DNA of 57,569 nt, counting the filler, from Porpidia crustulata (Eukaryota), in the NCBI GenBank assembly GCA_964255105.1. It is 4 parts of 4 records of this genome, joined end to end, with 100 filler letters (N's around TTAATTAATTAA, not from the genome) between each part and the next. Parts side by side here need not be neighbours in the genome. Positions count along the whole stretch, not along the records: positions 14,476 to 28,810 come from CAXUWE010000383.1; positions 28,911 to 43,190 come from CAXUWE010000384.1; 2 more parts are not named here. One strand, written 5' to 3'. Below, one piece after another: positions 23,748 to 34,287 of the stretch. Position numbers and translations under genes: made by a program. Under the pieces are notes generated by a model. That model had not been told where the DNA came from and did no database searches. It saw only the letters and a program-made list of their open reading frames with translations. The stretch's first letter is position 1. Every line of letters begins with the position of its first letter.

Positions 23748-26189
23748 TTACACCTCTTCAATTGCTGATGCTCCCTCAATCACCAATTCCACTTGCTTGA
23801 CAGGATGCAGGAAAATCCCAGGCAGGCACATTCGCCCCTCTCCAGCCAGCTCCTCCTGCTCTCCTCCGTCATTGTCAACCTTGTAACCCAGCCATCGTCG
23901 CCATAGATTGGGGGAAAAACCGGCATCATAAAACCATGTGGTACCCTTGAAATTATGCTCCCGGCTGCCGAAGACACTTGTCCTGGATCCGCCCGTGGCA
24001 CCATTCCTGCCACCATTCATCACTGCATTCAGGTATGTGGGCGGCCAGTCGCGATCGATGTAGACTGGATGAGGCGCATAGACTGCTTTTAAGCCATGAT
24101 GTAAAGCGATAGACGCAGGCCAAGCTTCTGAAAACATCGCGTGTCGTTCGAGAACCATCTCACGATGCATGGTTTGCAATAAGCGGCGTGATAGTCTTGA
24201 TGTAGTAGTGATAGCTGCTCGCCGTGGTGGAAGTCCGTCTGTTGTGTTATAGCCGGTCACATCGTTGGTGAAGAACCAAGTGGTACCGTCTGGATCAAAG
24301 AGCGGAGCAAAAGTTATCAGGTCTGCTTCCTCCCCAACTCCCCATGAGTACTTATCTTTCTCGACTGAGGTGAGAGGCGTTGGATCATTTTGGGCGGTAA
24401 GCATGTCTGACGGACCGAAAGGACCCCAAACCGGCTTGTCTGTCTTGCCTTGCGCGGAAGGAGGCATACCCGGTTTATGATGTTTCAGCCCCGACCAGAC
24501 ATTGTTCGGGCTGTCGGTACCCATCTCCGTCTGTACCCTGACCATCTGCTTGAAGTCCTCCCAGCTACCATGTACCGAAGGGATGTAAAAGCGGCCATTG
24601 CGTTCCCAAAGACCTTTGCGTGGTTGAGCTCGGGTCCACTGCCCAACTCGGTCCAGGAGGTGATACCAGTGGCCTGTATAGCGGACATCCATCTCCCAGT
24701 TCCAAAGAAACTCGTATTCTGGATGTAAATGGGAAAAATACTGCACAGGCATAAAGGTGCTTCGATATACACCATGTACGGGTAATTGGCGGAAGAAGCT
24801 CTCTTCAAGCCCACCGTAAATTAAACCCATCTGTCTTTCGCTCCACAGAACGCCCATTCCCCTAAATTCCACCGGAAGCGAGTTTTCTAGAATTCGGTTG
24901 TATATCTGTTTATCTGCCCAGATTGGTATGTTGTCGTCTTTGACGTGGATGAGGAAATGTACAGTATACTCTCCTCCAGACAACAGCGATAGTTCAGCAA
25001 TCAGGGATCGTAAATAGATGATGTCTTCTTGGCTGTATTGCATATTCCACCAGGTACGGATCAAGACCGCTGTCTGAGGCAGTAAAGTCTTCTCGGAAGC
25101 TACAGCTTTAGTGTCATTTGCCTGAGCAGACGGGTACAGACTATCTCTTTTTTCCCTCTTAGGTATTTCGTTCTTTTCAAAGATATCGAGAACTGGTTTC
25201 TCACGCATTAATTGGAACGAATCGTCGCCGGCTTCTAGGAGCGGGTGAAACCGCTTGCTGTTCCTAGCCGCGCAGGCTTGTTGTGCTTCTGCCCAATTGA
25301 CCTTGGAGTAATCGGCCTCTGAGAGATCATCTTCGTCCATCCATAGATCGTCTGCTCCTTCTCGATCACCGTTGAGACCAGCACCTGTCCCTCCCCTGCT
25401 GATACTATAACCAAAGCCATACGGCCCGAGCCTGCCAAATCTTTCGAAGCAAATATCATCTCGTAAGTTCAGCACATTGTGTGAACCCATCGCAGGCTTA
25501 GGAAATCCCCGCGGAATTCCGGTGTAATAACGCACCTTTGGTACTCTTTGTTGACTATGAGCATCCAAGAAACATTCTTGCTTCGAGTTGTACTCGGAAG
25601 TATACCTTGTCGAGCTGTAGTCTGGATACGGATTGAAGAGAATACTCTTTGGAAGGGGCGTCGTGTCTCGTGCCGAAATTGTAGTGTTCGAGTCCTGAAA
25701 TTGTCCCGAGTCATGGTCCTTTGGCCATTCTGGAATATTATCTTCTTTCGACACCAAAGTCCGGATCCCTCCATGATACCTCTTAAGGAAGGCAAAGCTC
25801 TCCCATAATTCCGGCTGTGTCGATGTCTTTTCCACCGGACCCATTTCCAATCGCTTTGCAGACACCCAGCTCATTCTTACCAAACTTAGGATAAAGATGA
25901 CCATGGTCAATGCCAAAGACAAGCAACAATATCTGATAGCCTTATGCGGTAGTCTGTAAAGGTACATCCGTTCCTTTCTCTTCGCCGAAGATTTATGTAA
26001 CATTGGAGCATAGGATCCGGAAGTCTCTCGCGACGAATCGGAGTAGGAGGAGGTAGCGACGTTGCGCGCGTAATCTGGCGAGGATTCTCTTCTGCAGTGA
26101 CCATGCTTTTCGATGTCGACGGCATTTGCAATATCATAGCAATCATCTTCATGACTGAAATACAGCCGTTGGCGGTCTCTTTTGTCCAT
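23748..26189 (-). CDS. DUF3405-family type II membrane protein, putative glycosyltransferase-like
   Basis: ~813 aa from ATG at 26189; single TM; CFERFGRLGPYG, RSLIAELSL..GGEY, WNWEMDVRYTGHWY, ALHHGLKAVYAPHP, C-terminal HPVK. Confidence 0.85.
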   Translation of the reverse strand: MDKRDRQRLYFSHEDDCYDIANAVDIEKHGHCRRESSPDYARNVATSSYSDSSRETSGSYAPMLHKSSAKRKERMYLYRLPHKAIRYCCLSLALTMVIFILSLVRMSWVSAKRLEMGPVEKTSTQPELWESFAFLKRYHGGIRTLVSKEDNIPEWPKDHDSGQFQDSNTTISARDTTPLPKSILFNPYPDYSSTRYTSEYNSKQECFLDAHSQQRVPKVRYYTGIPRGFPKPAMGSHNVLNLRDDICFERFGRLGPYGFGYSISRGGTGAGLNGDREGADDLWMDEDDLSEADYSKVNWAEAQQACAARNSKRFHPLLEAGDDSFQLMREKPVLDIFEKNEIPKREKRDSLYPSAQANDTKAVASEKTLLPQTAVLIRTWWNMQYSQEDIIYLRSLIAELSLLSGGEYTVHFLIHVKDDNIPIWADKQIYNRILENSLPVEFRGMGVLWSERQMGLIYGGLEESFFRQLPVHGVYRSTFMPVQYFSHLHPEYEFLWNWEMDVRYTGHWYHLLDRVGQWTRAQPRKGLWERNGRFYIPSVHGSWEDFKQMVRVQTEMGTDSPNNVWSGLKHHKPGMPPSAQGKTDKPVWGPFGPSDMLTAQNDPTPLTSVEKDKYSWGVGEEADLITFAPLFDPDGTTWFFTNDVTGYNTTDGLPPRRAAITTTSRLSRRLLQTMHREMVLERHAMFSEAWPASIALHHGLKAVYAPHPVYIDRDWPPTYLNAVMNGGRNGATGGSRTSVFGSREHNFKGTTWFYDAGFSPNLWRRWLGYKVDNDGGEQEELAGEGRMCLPGIFLHPVKQVELVIEGASAIEEV

Positions 26190-26853
26190 CGTGCGAGCAC
26201 ACTTTGTTCCTAGACGAGCTATTTTCGGACGGTGCAAGCATGCATTGCTCGTCACGAAAATGAGGTCCAACGGTGAAGACTTCTCATCAGTGCAGTATTA
26301 GCACCAGTCCCATCTCGATGGTTAAACAACAGAAACGTTAGCGCGACGTTGATTGTTGTCTGGGTGATTATCTGGTGGCAAACCCCACCACGTCCCCTCC
26401 TCCCCTGAACTGTCAACAGAATCCCGCCGTTCACCCACTATATAATATTGAGGTTTGGAGCAGATAGCAGAGACTTTGTTCTCCATTGAGTTTTTGAGTT
26501 CTTCCCGGTGCATCCGGAATGCACCCGCGGCCTCGCCCATTGTGACGATCGCGCACAACAGGAGGTAGCTTGCAGATGCCGAGCAAAGTCAGTGTAGCGT
26601 ATGTTCCGTTGTTGACTGATTACCTTGCAGTCGTGAGATGCTCACATGGATGTGGTGCGGCGAGTGTCTGAGTGGTCGAGACGGGATGAACGTAGCGTAG
26701 ATAGGTAAGGTAAGTAGGGTCGTAGGCACGTAGGTAAGGTGGTAGGTACCTATTTAGGTATCTTGTGAGGGGCCAAAACAGCTGACCTCTGAAGGCTTTC
26801 TTGCCCTCTCAATGCAGCAAGGCCAACCGGTAGCCAATCAATTGAGGGCATCT

Positions 26854-26877
26854 GCCCCTCCGCCCCTCCGCCCCTCC
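26854..26877 (+). repeat. (GCCCCTCC)x3 tandem repeat, STRE-like CCCCT cores
   Basis: Three exact 8-nt copies next to a CCAAT box, in the divergent intergenic region between the DUF3405 gene and the Luz homolog. Confidence 0.6.
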
Positions 26878-28211
26878 ATTGGCATACAGTAAGTATCTCA
26901 GCCATTCATGTTTACGATTGACAAGTCAATTGACGACAGATGATTACTCCCATACTGAGGTATTAATTACATTGCTTCTTGATCAGTCGTGAATTTTTGA
27001 ATTCATACAGCATTGGCGAACAACACATCGGGCGTTAGTTTCTTCTATCTCGTCCTTGACGCAGAGGCAATATTCGACAACAACGACATCAATAATAATT
27101 ATCAGGTGCAGAGTGCCGGGCCCAAGCAGTGCTACTTTAGCTACGTCTCTGCCGGATTGTTAGCTGCTGTAGCTGCAAGCCACTGGATAGTAGCGATTGG
27201 CAGAACATGCTCAGGGACGATTCAAGGCCGGTCACTGGTTACCATGATGTCCAGACCCAAGTGCCCTGTGGCGTGGGTATCGATCTGACTTCTGATGAGT
27301 GTCAGGAGGCCATCACAACGAAAGGGGACTTGGTCTCGGTCTGCACAAGCCAAGTCAGCAAGTATGGAAATCCTCATGCCACGCTGCCATTGATACACGA
27401 GTAATTATGCCGTATTGATTGCTATACAATTGCTGCTGAACAGTCAAGTACCAGTGCAGCGAATCGAAAGTCTGTCACAGGCTCAGGCACTACTGCATCC
27501 GAAAGACGATGTACTGTGATATTGGACATATTGATACCCTCGGGACTGCAGCATTTCGTGATGAGTGGGGCAATAATTGCAGCGTCCTTTCGGATCACCT
27601 TCCGATATAGATGCCCAAATCCGAGTAGCATTACGGCTATTAATCTCATTATTGTCATTTGCCCTCACGTCACATTCCTCTTTCCCTTCCCTTCCCTTCC
27701 CTTTCCTTTCCTTTCCAAGGGTTCCACATGGTCCTGTTTAATTTGATCGAAGATCCGCTGAGAAATGTTGGAATTCACTACTTAAACAGGCCAGGTACCC
27801 CACAATTCACCACTCTTGACGTCTGTAACAATCAATTTGCGTCACAATCACAAATAAAAACCAAAAAATACCTCACGGTGTTGCTCTCTGCCGTCAATTA
27901 CCAATTGCCAATTAGCGTTGCTGAGACCTCATCCCAAGAACCTCATCATTGTCAACTGCTATATATTCATACCTGAATCCCACATCATACCTCTGCAGTA
28001 CACTGGATAGCACATCTCCAGGTATATCACCGTCCGGTTCCTGATTGACCTAACCCATCAAACCCTCTAGGACTCAGAAAGTACTCTGGAACAATAGGCT
28101 AAGAGCAGTCTACAAATCCCCCTCCCAACAAATCATCCGACTGTCCATTGACCATGATACCATAGGTACCATCCATCTTGTTAATCTCGTTTCTTTGAAT
28201 CACCTTGGTTG

Positions 28212-28810
28212 ATGCTCACAATGGCAGCCATCGCTGACCACCAACTCCACCACTTCACCCGCTTCCTCTCCGCCGCAGACGGCTCCAACTTCAGCTATCT
28301 GCTCTACTCCACCGTCCTCATCTCCCTCCTCTTCCCCGCCTACCGCTTCGTCATCCAAGACTACCAGAAATTCCTCGATCTCGGTCCAGGCGGAACCCCA
28401 AGCACCTTTGCCGGCTACCTTCGCGTGTCATGTCTCCGCCTCTTCGCCCTCAAGAATCCCTTCATCCCGCCTACTGTTACTCCCTTTACGCTGCCGCAAG
28501 TCAGCTATCTCGTCCGCCTGCCCCGTCGTCCAGGTCCTCGTCCCACGGTAGCCGGAATTGCTCCGCACCGGCAGACGAGCCAGAAAGGCCCTCCTCATCT
28601 GCATGCGGCGCTGAGCCGTGCCCTGCACAATCTCGCCGGGGCTTATCCGAACGTGCTCCGGAAAGGAAATTCTTGCTTTGAAAAGCATGGCTTGGCCTTG
28701 TTCCTGTTGGCCCACCATGAAACGACTCCTACCGATGCAATCTATAGAGGATTCGCTCATTTGAACCCGACGTGTGCTGATACGGCGGAGATTTGCCATT
28801 TGCACGCAAC
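28212..28810 (+). CDS. Luciferase-domain (DUF5519) protein homologous to fungal luciferase Luz, 3' truncated
   Basis: N-terminal TM, then DYQKFLDLGPGG..FAGY, LPRRPGPRP....HRQTSQ, SCFEKHGLALF and EICHLH, in the same order as the recalled Luz motifs. Confidence 0.8.
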
Positions 28811-28910
28811 NNNNNNNNNNNNNNNNNNNNNNNNNNNNNNNNNNNNNNNNNNNNTTAATTAATTAANNNNNNNNNNNNNNNNNNNNNNNNNNNNNNNNNN
28901 NNNNNNNNNN
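28811..28910. other. Artificial contig spacer
   Basis: N44-TTAATTAATTAA-N44. Confidence 0.98.
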
Positions 28911-29200
28911 ATACTCAAGCAAGACTGATTCTTCAGCGTTGGTGAGTAGTTTATGGCTTCTAGATCGAGCTTCGGTGTAGGAGAGAGCTTCGCCTTTGAA
29001 GCGACGTGTAAGAGTTGTACGATGAACATTATACTTTTCAGAAGCAGCAGTGAAATTAGGAAGTTCCTGTGATCTTAAATCATTAATTGCTTGCTCTATA
29101 GCTTCTTCGTTGACCATTTTGGAGCGATTTGAACATAATGGTTGGATTTTGGTGGGGTGTGCGTTTAGTGTCGGCGTGCGTTTAGTGTCGGATTACGTTA
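28911..29200 (-). mobile_element. 5' end of a pogo/Fot1-family transposon: TIR plus start of transposase (ATG at 29117)
   Basis: MVNEEAIEQAINDL..AASEKYNVHRTTLTRRF..LLTNAEESVLLEY fits a psq-type HTH running into a CENP-B HTH. TIR ends ..GATTACGT at 29198, then TA; the 16-mer GTGCGTTTAGTGTCGG occurs twice. Confidence 0.9.
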
Positions 29201-30599
29201 GATAGTCTAATAGCCGCCATACTCTAAGGCATCATCTATCTTGCTAGTCAATCGAGTCTGTTTAATATGTTGAGATGACAAGAACAAATAGTACCCAGTT
29301 TGTAGGCTCATTTAACGCAATAAAACGGGTATTTCATATGCAATAATAAATCTCCATGACTTTGACTCGGAAAACCTGAAAACATCCATACATTTGGAGC
29401 AATCTCATCGCATGCGCGCCCTTCAAAACGATACAACAGTCCTATCGCATGATTTGTCGCAAAGATACAACAGAAATACTCGCAGACACAATTGCGGTGG
29501 CCGGAAACTTGATCTACCGATTTATATCGCTCAATATTCTCTTTCTGATTTTGATAGGATTTCGATGAGTTTTTCTCCCCTTCGACTACGTTCGGGCTCT
29601 ATCATGCAACTTCAATAATGCTGCGCAGTCTTCATTGATCTTCTACTGTAATATCCAAACACCCGAATATACATCTTAATTCTTCGTTAGACGAATGTGT
29701 CGCTGAACTGCGTCATCAATCACCGATAGAACTCTTGATAAATTATCAGCCTGTACATCCACTTCCCTCAACGAAAGATTGAATCTATATCAGTGATGCT
29801 GATATCGAAATGATCAGTGATCTGACTAGAACTAATCTCCTGCTACTCAGCGTTGTCGCTCCACTCATCGCTACCATTGGATCACTTCCCCAAATACTAG
29901 GATAATAAAGGGATAGGAACTCAATATGATGGTGGAAGCGTAAAGTCTTTGTGTCCAAGGCTCTTGTTTCTTAAAGGGTAATTAGAGTGATATAATGAGA
30001 AAGATACTATTCTCTAGCTGCATATCTATTGATGAGATTGATGAACGATCTTCGTACAGATACGAGGCAGTGGCAAGCCGCTTCAAGTCAAAGGACCAGA
30101 TCGACTGCGCAGAAAAGCACAAAGATATCAATGGACAGAAACAGCAACAAGAAGTGAAAGCCTTCCATAGACCAAGTGTTCCAATGATCTTCCTGTTTTA
30201 AGAATTCTCATTCCGACAATCTTTAGAAGCTTCTCGATCGTTAATTAGAAAAGTTTCGACAGTCCATTCTCAAATCCCATCCCCGTACTCCAAAATCGAC
30301 ATTCACGAACGTTCATCTCAAAGCTCAACCTCACTACCACTTCACCACACTCTCCTCATTTACAACCCTCTTGACGTCGCATGGTCGTCTCCTAGTCACT
30401 GTCTTCTTTGCATTCTATTGTCCGACCCGTGACTGAGTCCCCCGGGCGAAGGATGCCCGTCCCTTAACATGCTTGCTATGCCAGTGGTGGTTCTTGGCCG
30501 CCTCGTCGAAACCAGAATCGCTTCGCGTTTACTCGTAGGAGGCGATCCTCAGCTTCAGGAGTCGAGACGCCGATGGTGTCCGACAGCCTTACGGAACCA

Positions 30600-31560
30600 G
30601 ACTGCTTGGTCCCCCACACTATCACGCCTCAATTTGAATCGTAGAGACTCCCCATTGTGAGTGAAGATCCTGATCGCACTCGCCGCTCGGAATTCCACAA
30701 ATCGTCTTTTTCCGAAAAAGACACGCCATGGCTGTTGGGCCCGTCCACTTCCTCAACTATCGGACTTGTAGATTTTTGTGACTAAAGCTTCATATATTGC
30801 CCAAGATAGCACCTCTGGGCCTTCGTCCGAGGATGGATCTAGCCCTTGAACGCCCATTGATATCAGTGCTTTGACTATTCCAGTCGCATATCTCAGACCG
30901 CAACACCTTACATTTTCAGCCCGTAGAAGCGTTTCTGTCTCCCTGTCTCCATCCGCTATTCCGCTGAGCTTGATGAAGTTAGTGAGAACCCAGCCTCCAC
31001 CGAAACACAAGGGGGTCAGTAAAGGAACGTTTGGATCAGGGTTGTGGCGGAGAAGAGCTTCCGAGAAATTTTGTTGCTTGGTGAGTTTGTTGCGACGATC
31101 ATGCGCACCTTTACCTCCAACTTTGATCGAGAACACGTCTTCAATTCTGTGTCCGAACATCAAGACAAGAACAAAACGACCCGTACGGTCCACCGCTTCT
31201 GAAACACTGGGTATGTAGGCAAAAAACCTTCCCAGAAAATCTGCAGGGGAAACAACAACAATGACATCTTCCAGATCGATCACCAGGGTATCGTCTAAGA
31301 CAGCTCTTCTGCCATCTGCTCTTAGGTCACCATAGGCATACTCTTCATTCTTTCTTCTCAATAAGATCTGTAGGTAGAACGGACCTGAACCAACACCGCT
31401 GCTTCGAAGTCTTCCGCATCAAACGATGAAATAGATAAAAGGTTCGCCAATGGACCAGCCGTCCCAGCAAGGCGCTGTATTATCACCAAAATTGTTCAGC
31501 CCACGCACACAGCAAAAATAATGGCATCCGGGCTCGCAACCGGCAGACATGGCGAGCTAA
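30600..31560 (-). pseudogene. Frameshifted pseudogene of an uncharacterised fungal protein family
   Basis: Protein-like blocks in changing frames: PDAIIFAVC / GLNNFGDNTAPCWDGW / YLFHRLM..TDLIEK / EEYAYGD..RRAVLD..VLVLMFGH..LCFGGGW / HGVSFSEKDDLW. About four frameshifts. Confidence 0.6.
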
Positions 31561-32196
31561 ATGATCGATCTCAAAGGCCGCCAAATGGGCAAACTATCGA
31601 CCTTCCTTGACAGGATTCAATCAGCTCGCTGGGGTTTGAAAAGGTCGTTCCTCAAAACAAATCGCCAGATCCATTCAGCACAACTGCAAGATGAAAAGAA
31701 TGATTTGGTATGAGATGGTCAGGTTGCGAAGGTTTCGAGGGAGAGATTTGAGGGTAAGGGGGAGGGGAAAGTAAGGAATTGTGAAGGAAATTTATGGTAT
31801 TGTATTATCATGCTGAGAGATGACTCGAATGAGATGGTTCTTTCAGGGGAAAACTGGAGATTGTGCTGGTGATTTGGAGGGAATAGATGTCAGAAGATAA
31901 GGTATCGTTAGTGTTGCTTCCTTGCACGCTTCTTGCCGTGCTTCGGGATCGGAATAGGAGGACGTACGAATAAATTTTGCGTTCCTCTAGATTTACCATT
32001 AGGCACTTAGCATATGAAGTCAGCATCAAGTGTGAATTAGAAGAGGCAATCTCGTGATCGTAACGTTCGAGTAAACAACGGTATGCGACTATACCCACAA
32101 AACCAATGCCCCAACTCCTCCCTGCCTGTCCCGTCTCCTTCTGCCCCGACGACCCTTTCCTGAAGCCGCGAAAAGTCAATTGAAAAGCCAACACCC

Positions 32197-33443
32197 TTAC
32201 ACCACCGTACTGCTCTCTTCACCCTCCGCCACAATTGGCACGTTCAATCCTCTTTCAGGACTCGTAAGCACCAACTGCTCGTGCCTCCGCGCCTTGAAGA
32301 AATCGCTTACGGCCCGGATCAGGATGAACCATCCAACGACCATGAGGATGTATGCTAGCCATTCACTGCTGGCGATACCGCTGACCGTGCTAGCTGCCGA
32401 AGACGTAGAAGACGAGGATGCCATGGCAGCGGCGGCCGCACCGCCTACGGCTCCAGGATCAAAGTCGTGCGCGTTGGGGTTTTGCGGTTGATAGGCGTCG
32501 TTACCACCATCGGAGACTTCCTTGTCGCCCTTGCCTCCACGCATGTAGAAGCCGTATTGCACGAGCGTGATTCCAAGGCCGGCGCGCGAGCCGTTTTTGG
32601 CAGCGTGGGTGGTGTGCAGCAGATAGGTGAGCAGGAAACCAACGAGTTGAAAGGACATGCTGATCATGGCGTTCCAGACAAAGGAGAAGAGTGACCCGAC
32701 TGGGAGACCTTCGACGTAGACTTGGTCGGTAGAGCCGGGGGCGACGATCAGGGTGGATTCCCAGTACGGTGGCGCTGCGTCGGCGGCAGCGGCTTCGTAG
32801 GACTATGAGAGAGAGGAGGTTAGTCAGTATGAGAGATCCTCGAGAAAACGGGAAAGTGAGAAAATCAGACTTACAGGTGGTTGCTCCTCTGTTTTCTCGC
32901 CTCGCTCCGGCTTTGCGGCTAGGTTGGCGAAGACACCATCGTTGGAAGAAGAGAATGGAGTGAAGGGTGCTCCGCTTCTGGCTGGTGGAACAGGCGTCAT
33001 TCCTGGGAATTGTGTCACCGCGCGTTGAAGGGTAGCCGGTCTATTTTCTCCATTCGTAGATGCTGGTTCAGCGCTTGGCGTAGAGGAATTGCCGCGCATA
33101 AGTCTCTGACGGTCATCGTTGCCATTGTGGCTTTCGGAATCTGATTCAGAGCCGTCATCGAAGGTATCGGCTAGCGTTCTGTCGGCATCGGAAGCGATGG
33201 GGTCTTCGGAGGCAAGGAGGTGTCGCGAGGTAAATGATGAAGCGCGCGACCGGAAAGAAGGCGGCGGAGACTGCGGGGAGGTAGGGAGACCAGGGAGACC
33301 TTTGTCGTTGCTTCGAGAGGATGGATTATCGTCTTGATCGTTTTCCGGAACCTGTTCGTAGTGTATCAGCTTTCTACTTCAGAGCAGTTACATAAGCTGC
33401 GTATGGTGTGGAAACGTACTCGCTCGTAGCGCTGTGAGCTCAT
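32197..33443 (-). CDS. BSD2: Metal homeostasis protein Bsd2 (Rsp5/Nedd4 adaptor, NDFIP-like), 3 exons
   Basis: NDGVFANLAAKPE, PP/SYEAAAADAAPPYW PY motifs, SFQLVGFLLTYLLHTTHAAKNGSRAGLG; ATG at 33443. Confidence 0.93.
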
Positions 33444-33747
33444 GGTGAGCCTCACGTCACTTAATATGACCCAAAGTTATAAGGAAGACTGCCAGAGTTG
33501 TAAGAAGTCTTTGCGATGTACTCGTTATCGTGAATTGTCGCCGGAGATATGTACAGTGGAGGAAGCCTTAGGAAGTGTGTGGTCGAAGGGGTTCTACGGA
33601 TGTACTCCGTAAGCACATGAATTCATCCAATGACAGGATGGCCGCCACCAAATTTAGACCTGGCGGAAGATTGACTCAGCCGAGACACTAGATCACTTCC
33701 GTCATTCAAGGTCAATGACAATCACCATTTCTCAGATCACCACAAAC

Positions 33748-34287
33748 ATGTCGAAATCCGTATGTATTCATTTATTATACCCGATTCACAGTATCTCACA
33801 TCTGCCCTGCTAACCATCCGCAACAGATCATCTACAAACACTACCAACGCATCCTCACCCAATGGCCCACTGACATCCTGCGTCCTCAAATCTCCTTCCA
33901 GAATGTCATGCGCCAGCGCATCGAGAAGCACTTTAACCCCCCTAAAATCGCACCGCAAGACAACGTAGTGGCGAATGAGGCTCAGGCAACGATACCTACG
34001 CCAGTGAAGTTCGACGAGAAGGCGGAACTCGAGCAGGTTAATGTGCTGTATTCATTTCTGGAGAATAGGTACACGAAAAAGGTAATGTATTATCACGTTA
34101 AAGGTAGCGCTTGATAGATCTATGACTGATATGCGGTGAATAGTATCCTCTATCCGATAAACTGATGAAGCCCGCGTCGAATCCCAAATACTATGAGGAT
34201 CTACTAAAGGAACTGGAAGAGGCACCGCAACGGTCGTGGTTTGGGGGTATGCTAAATAGGTGGAAGGGCTTTTTACGCTTCTCATGA
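33748..34287 (+). CDS. CBP6: Mitochondrial cytochrome b synthesis/complex III assembly factor Cbp6, 3 exons
   Basis: MSKS/IYKHYQRILTQWPTDILRP...FLENRYTKK/YPLSDKLMKPASNPKYYEDLLKEL..APQRSW; divergent from BSD2. Confidence 0.85.

Noticed and set aside
28212..29200. Transposon inserted into the luciferase homolog
   Set aside because: The two are on different contigs separated by an artificial spacer.
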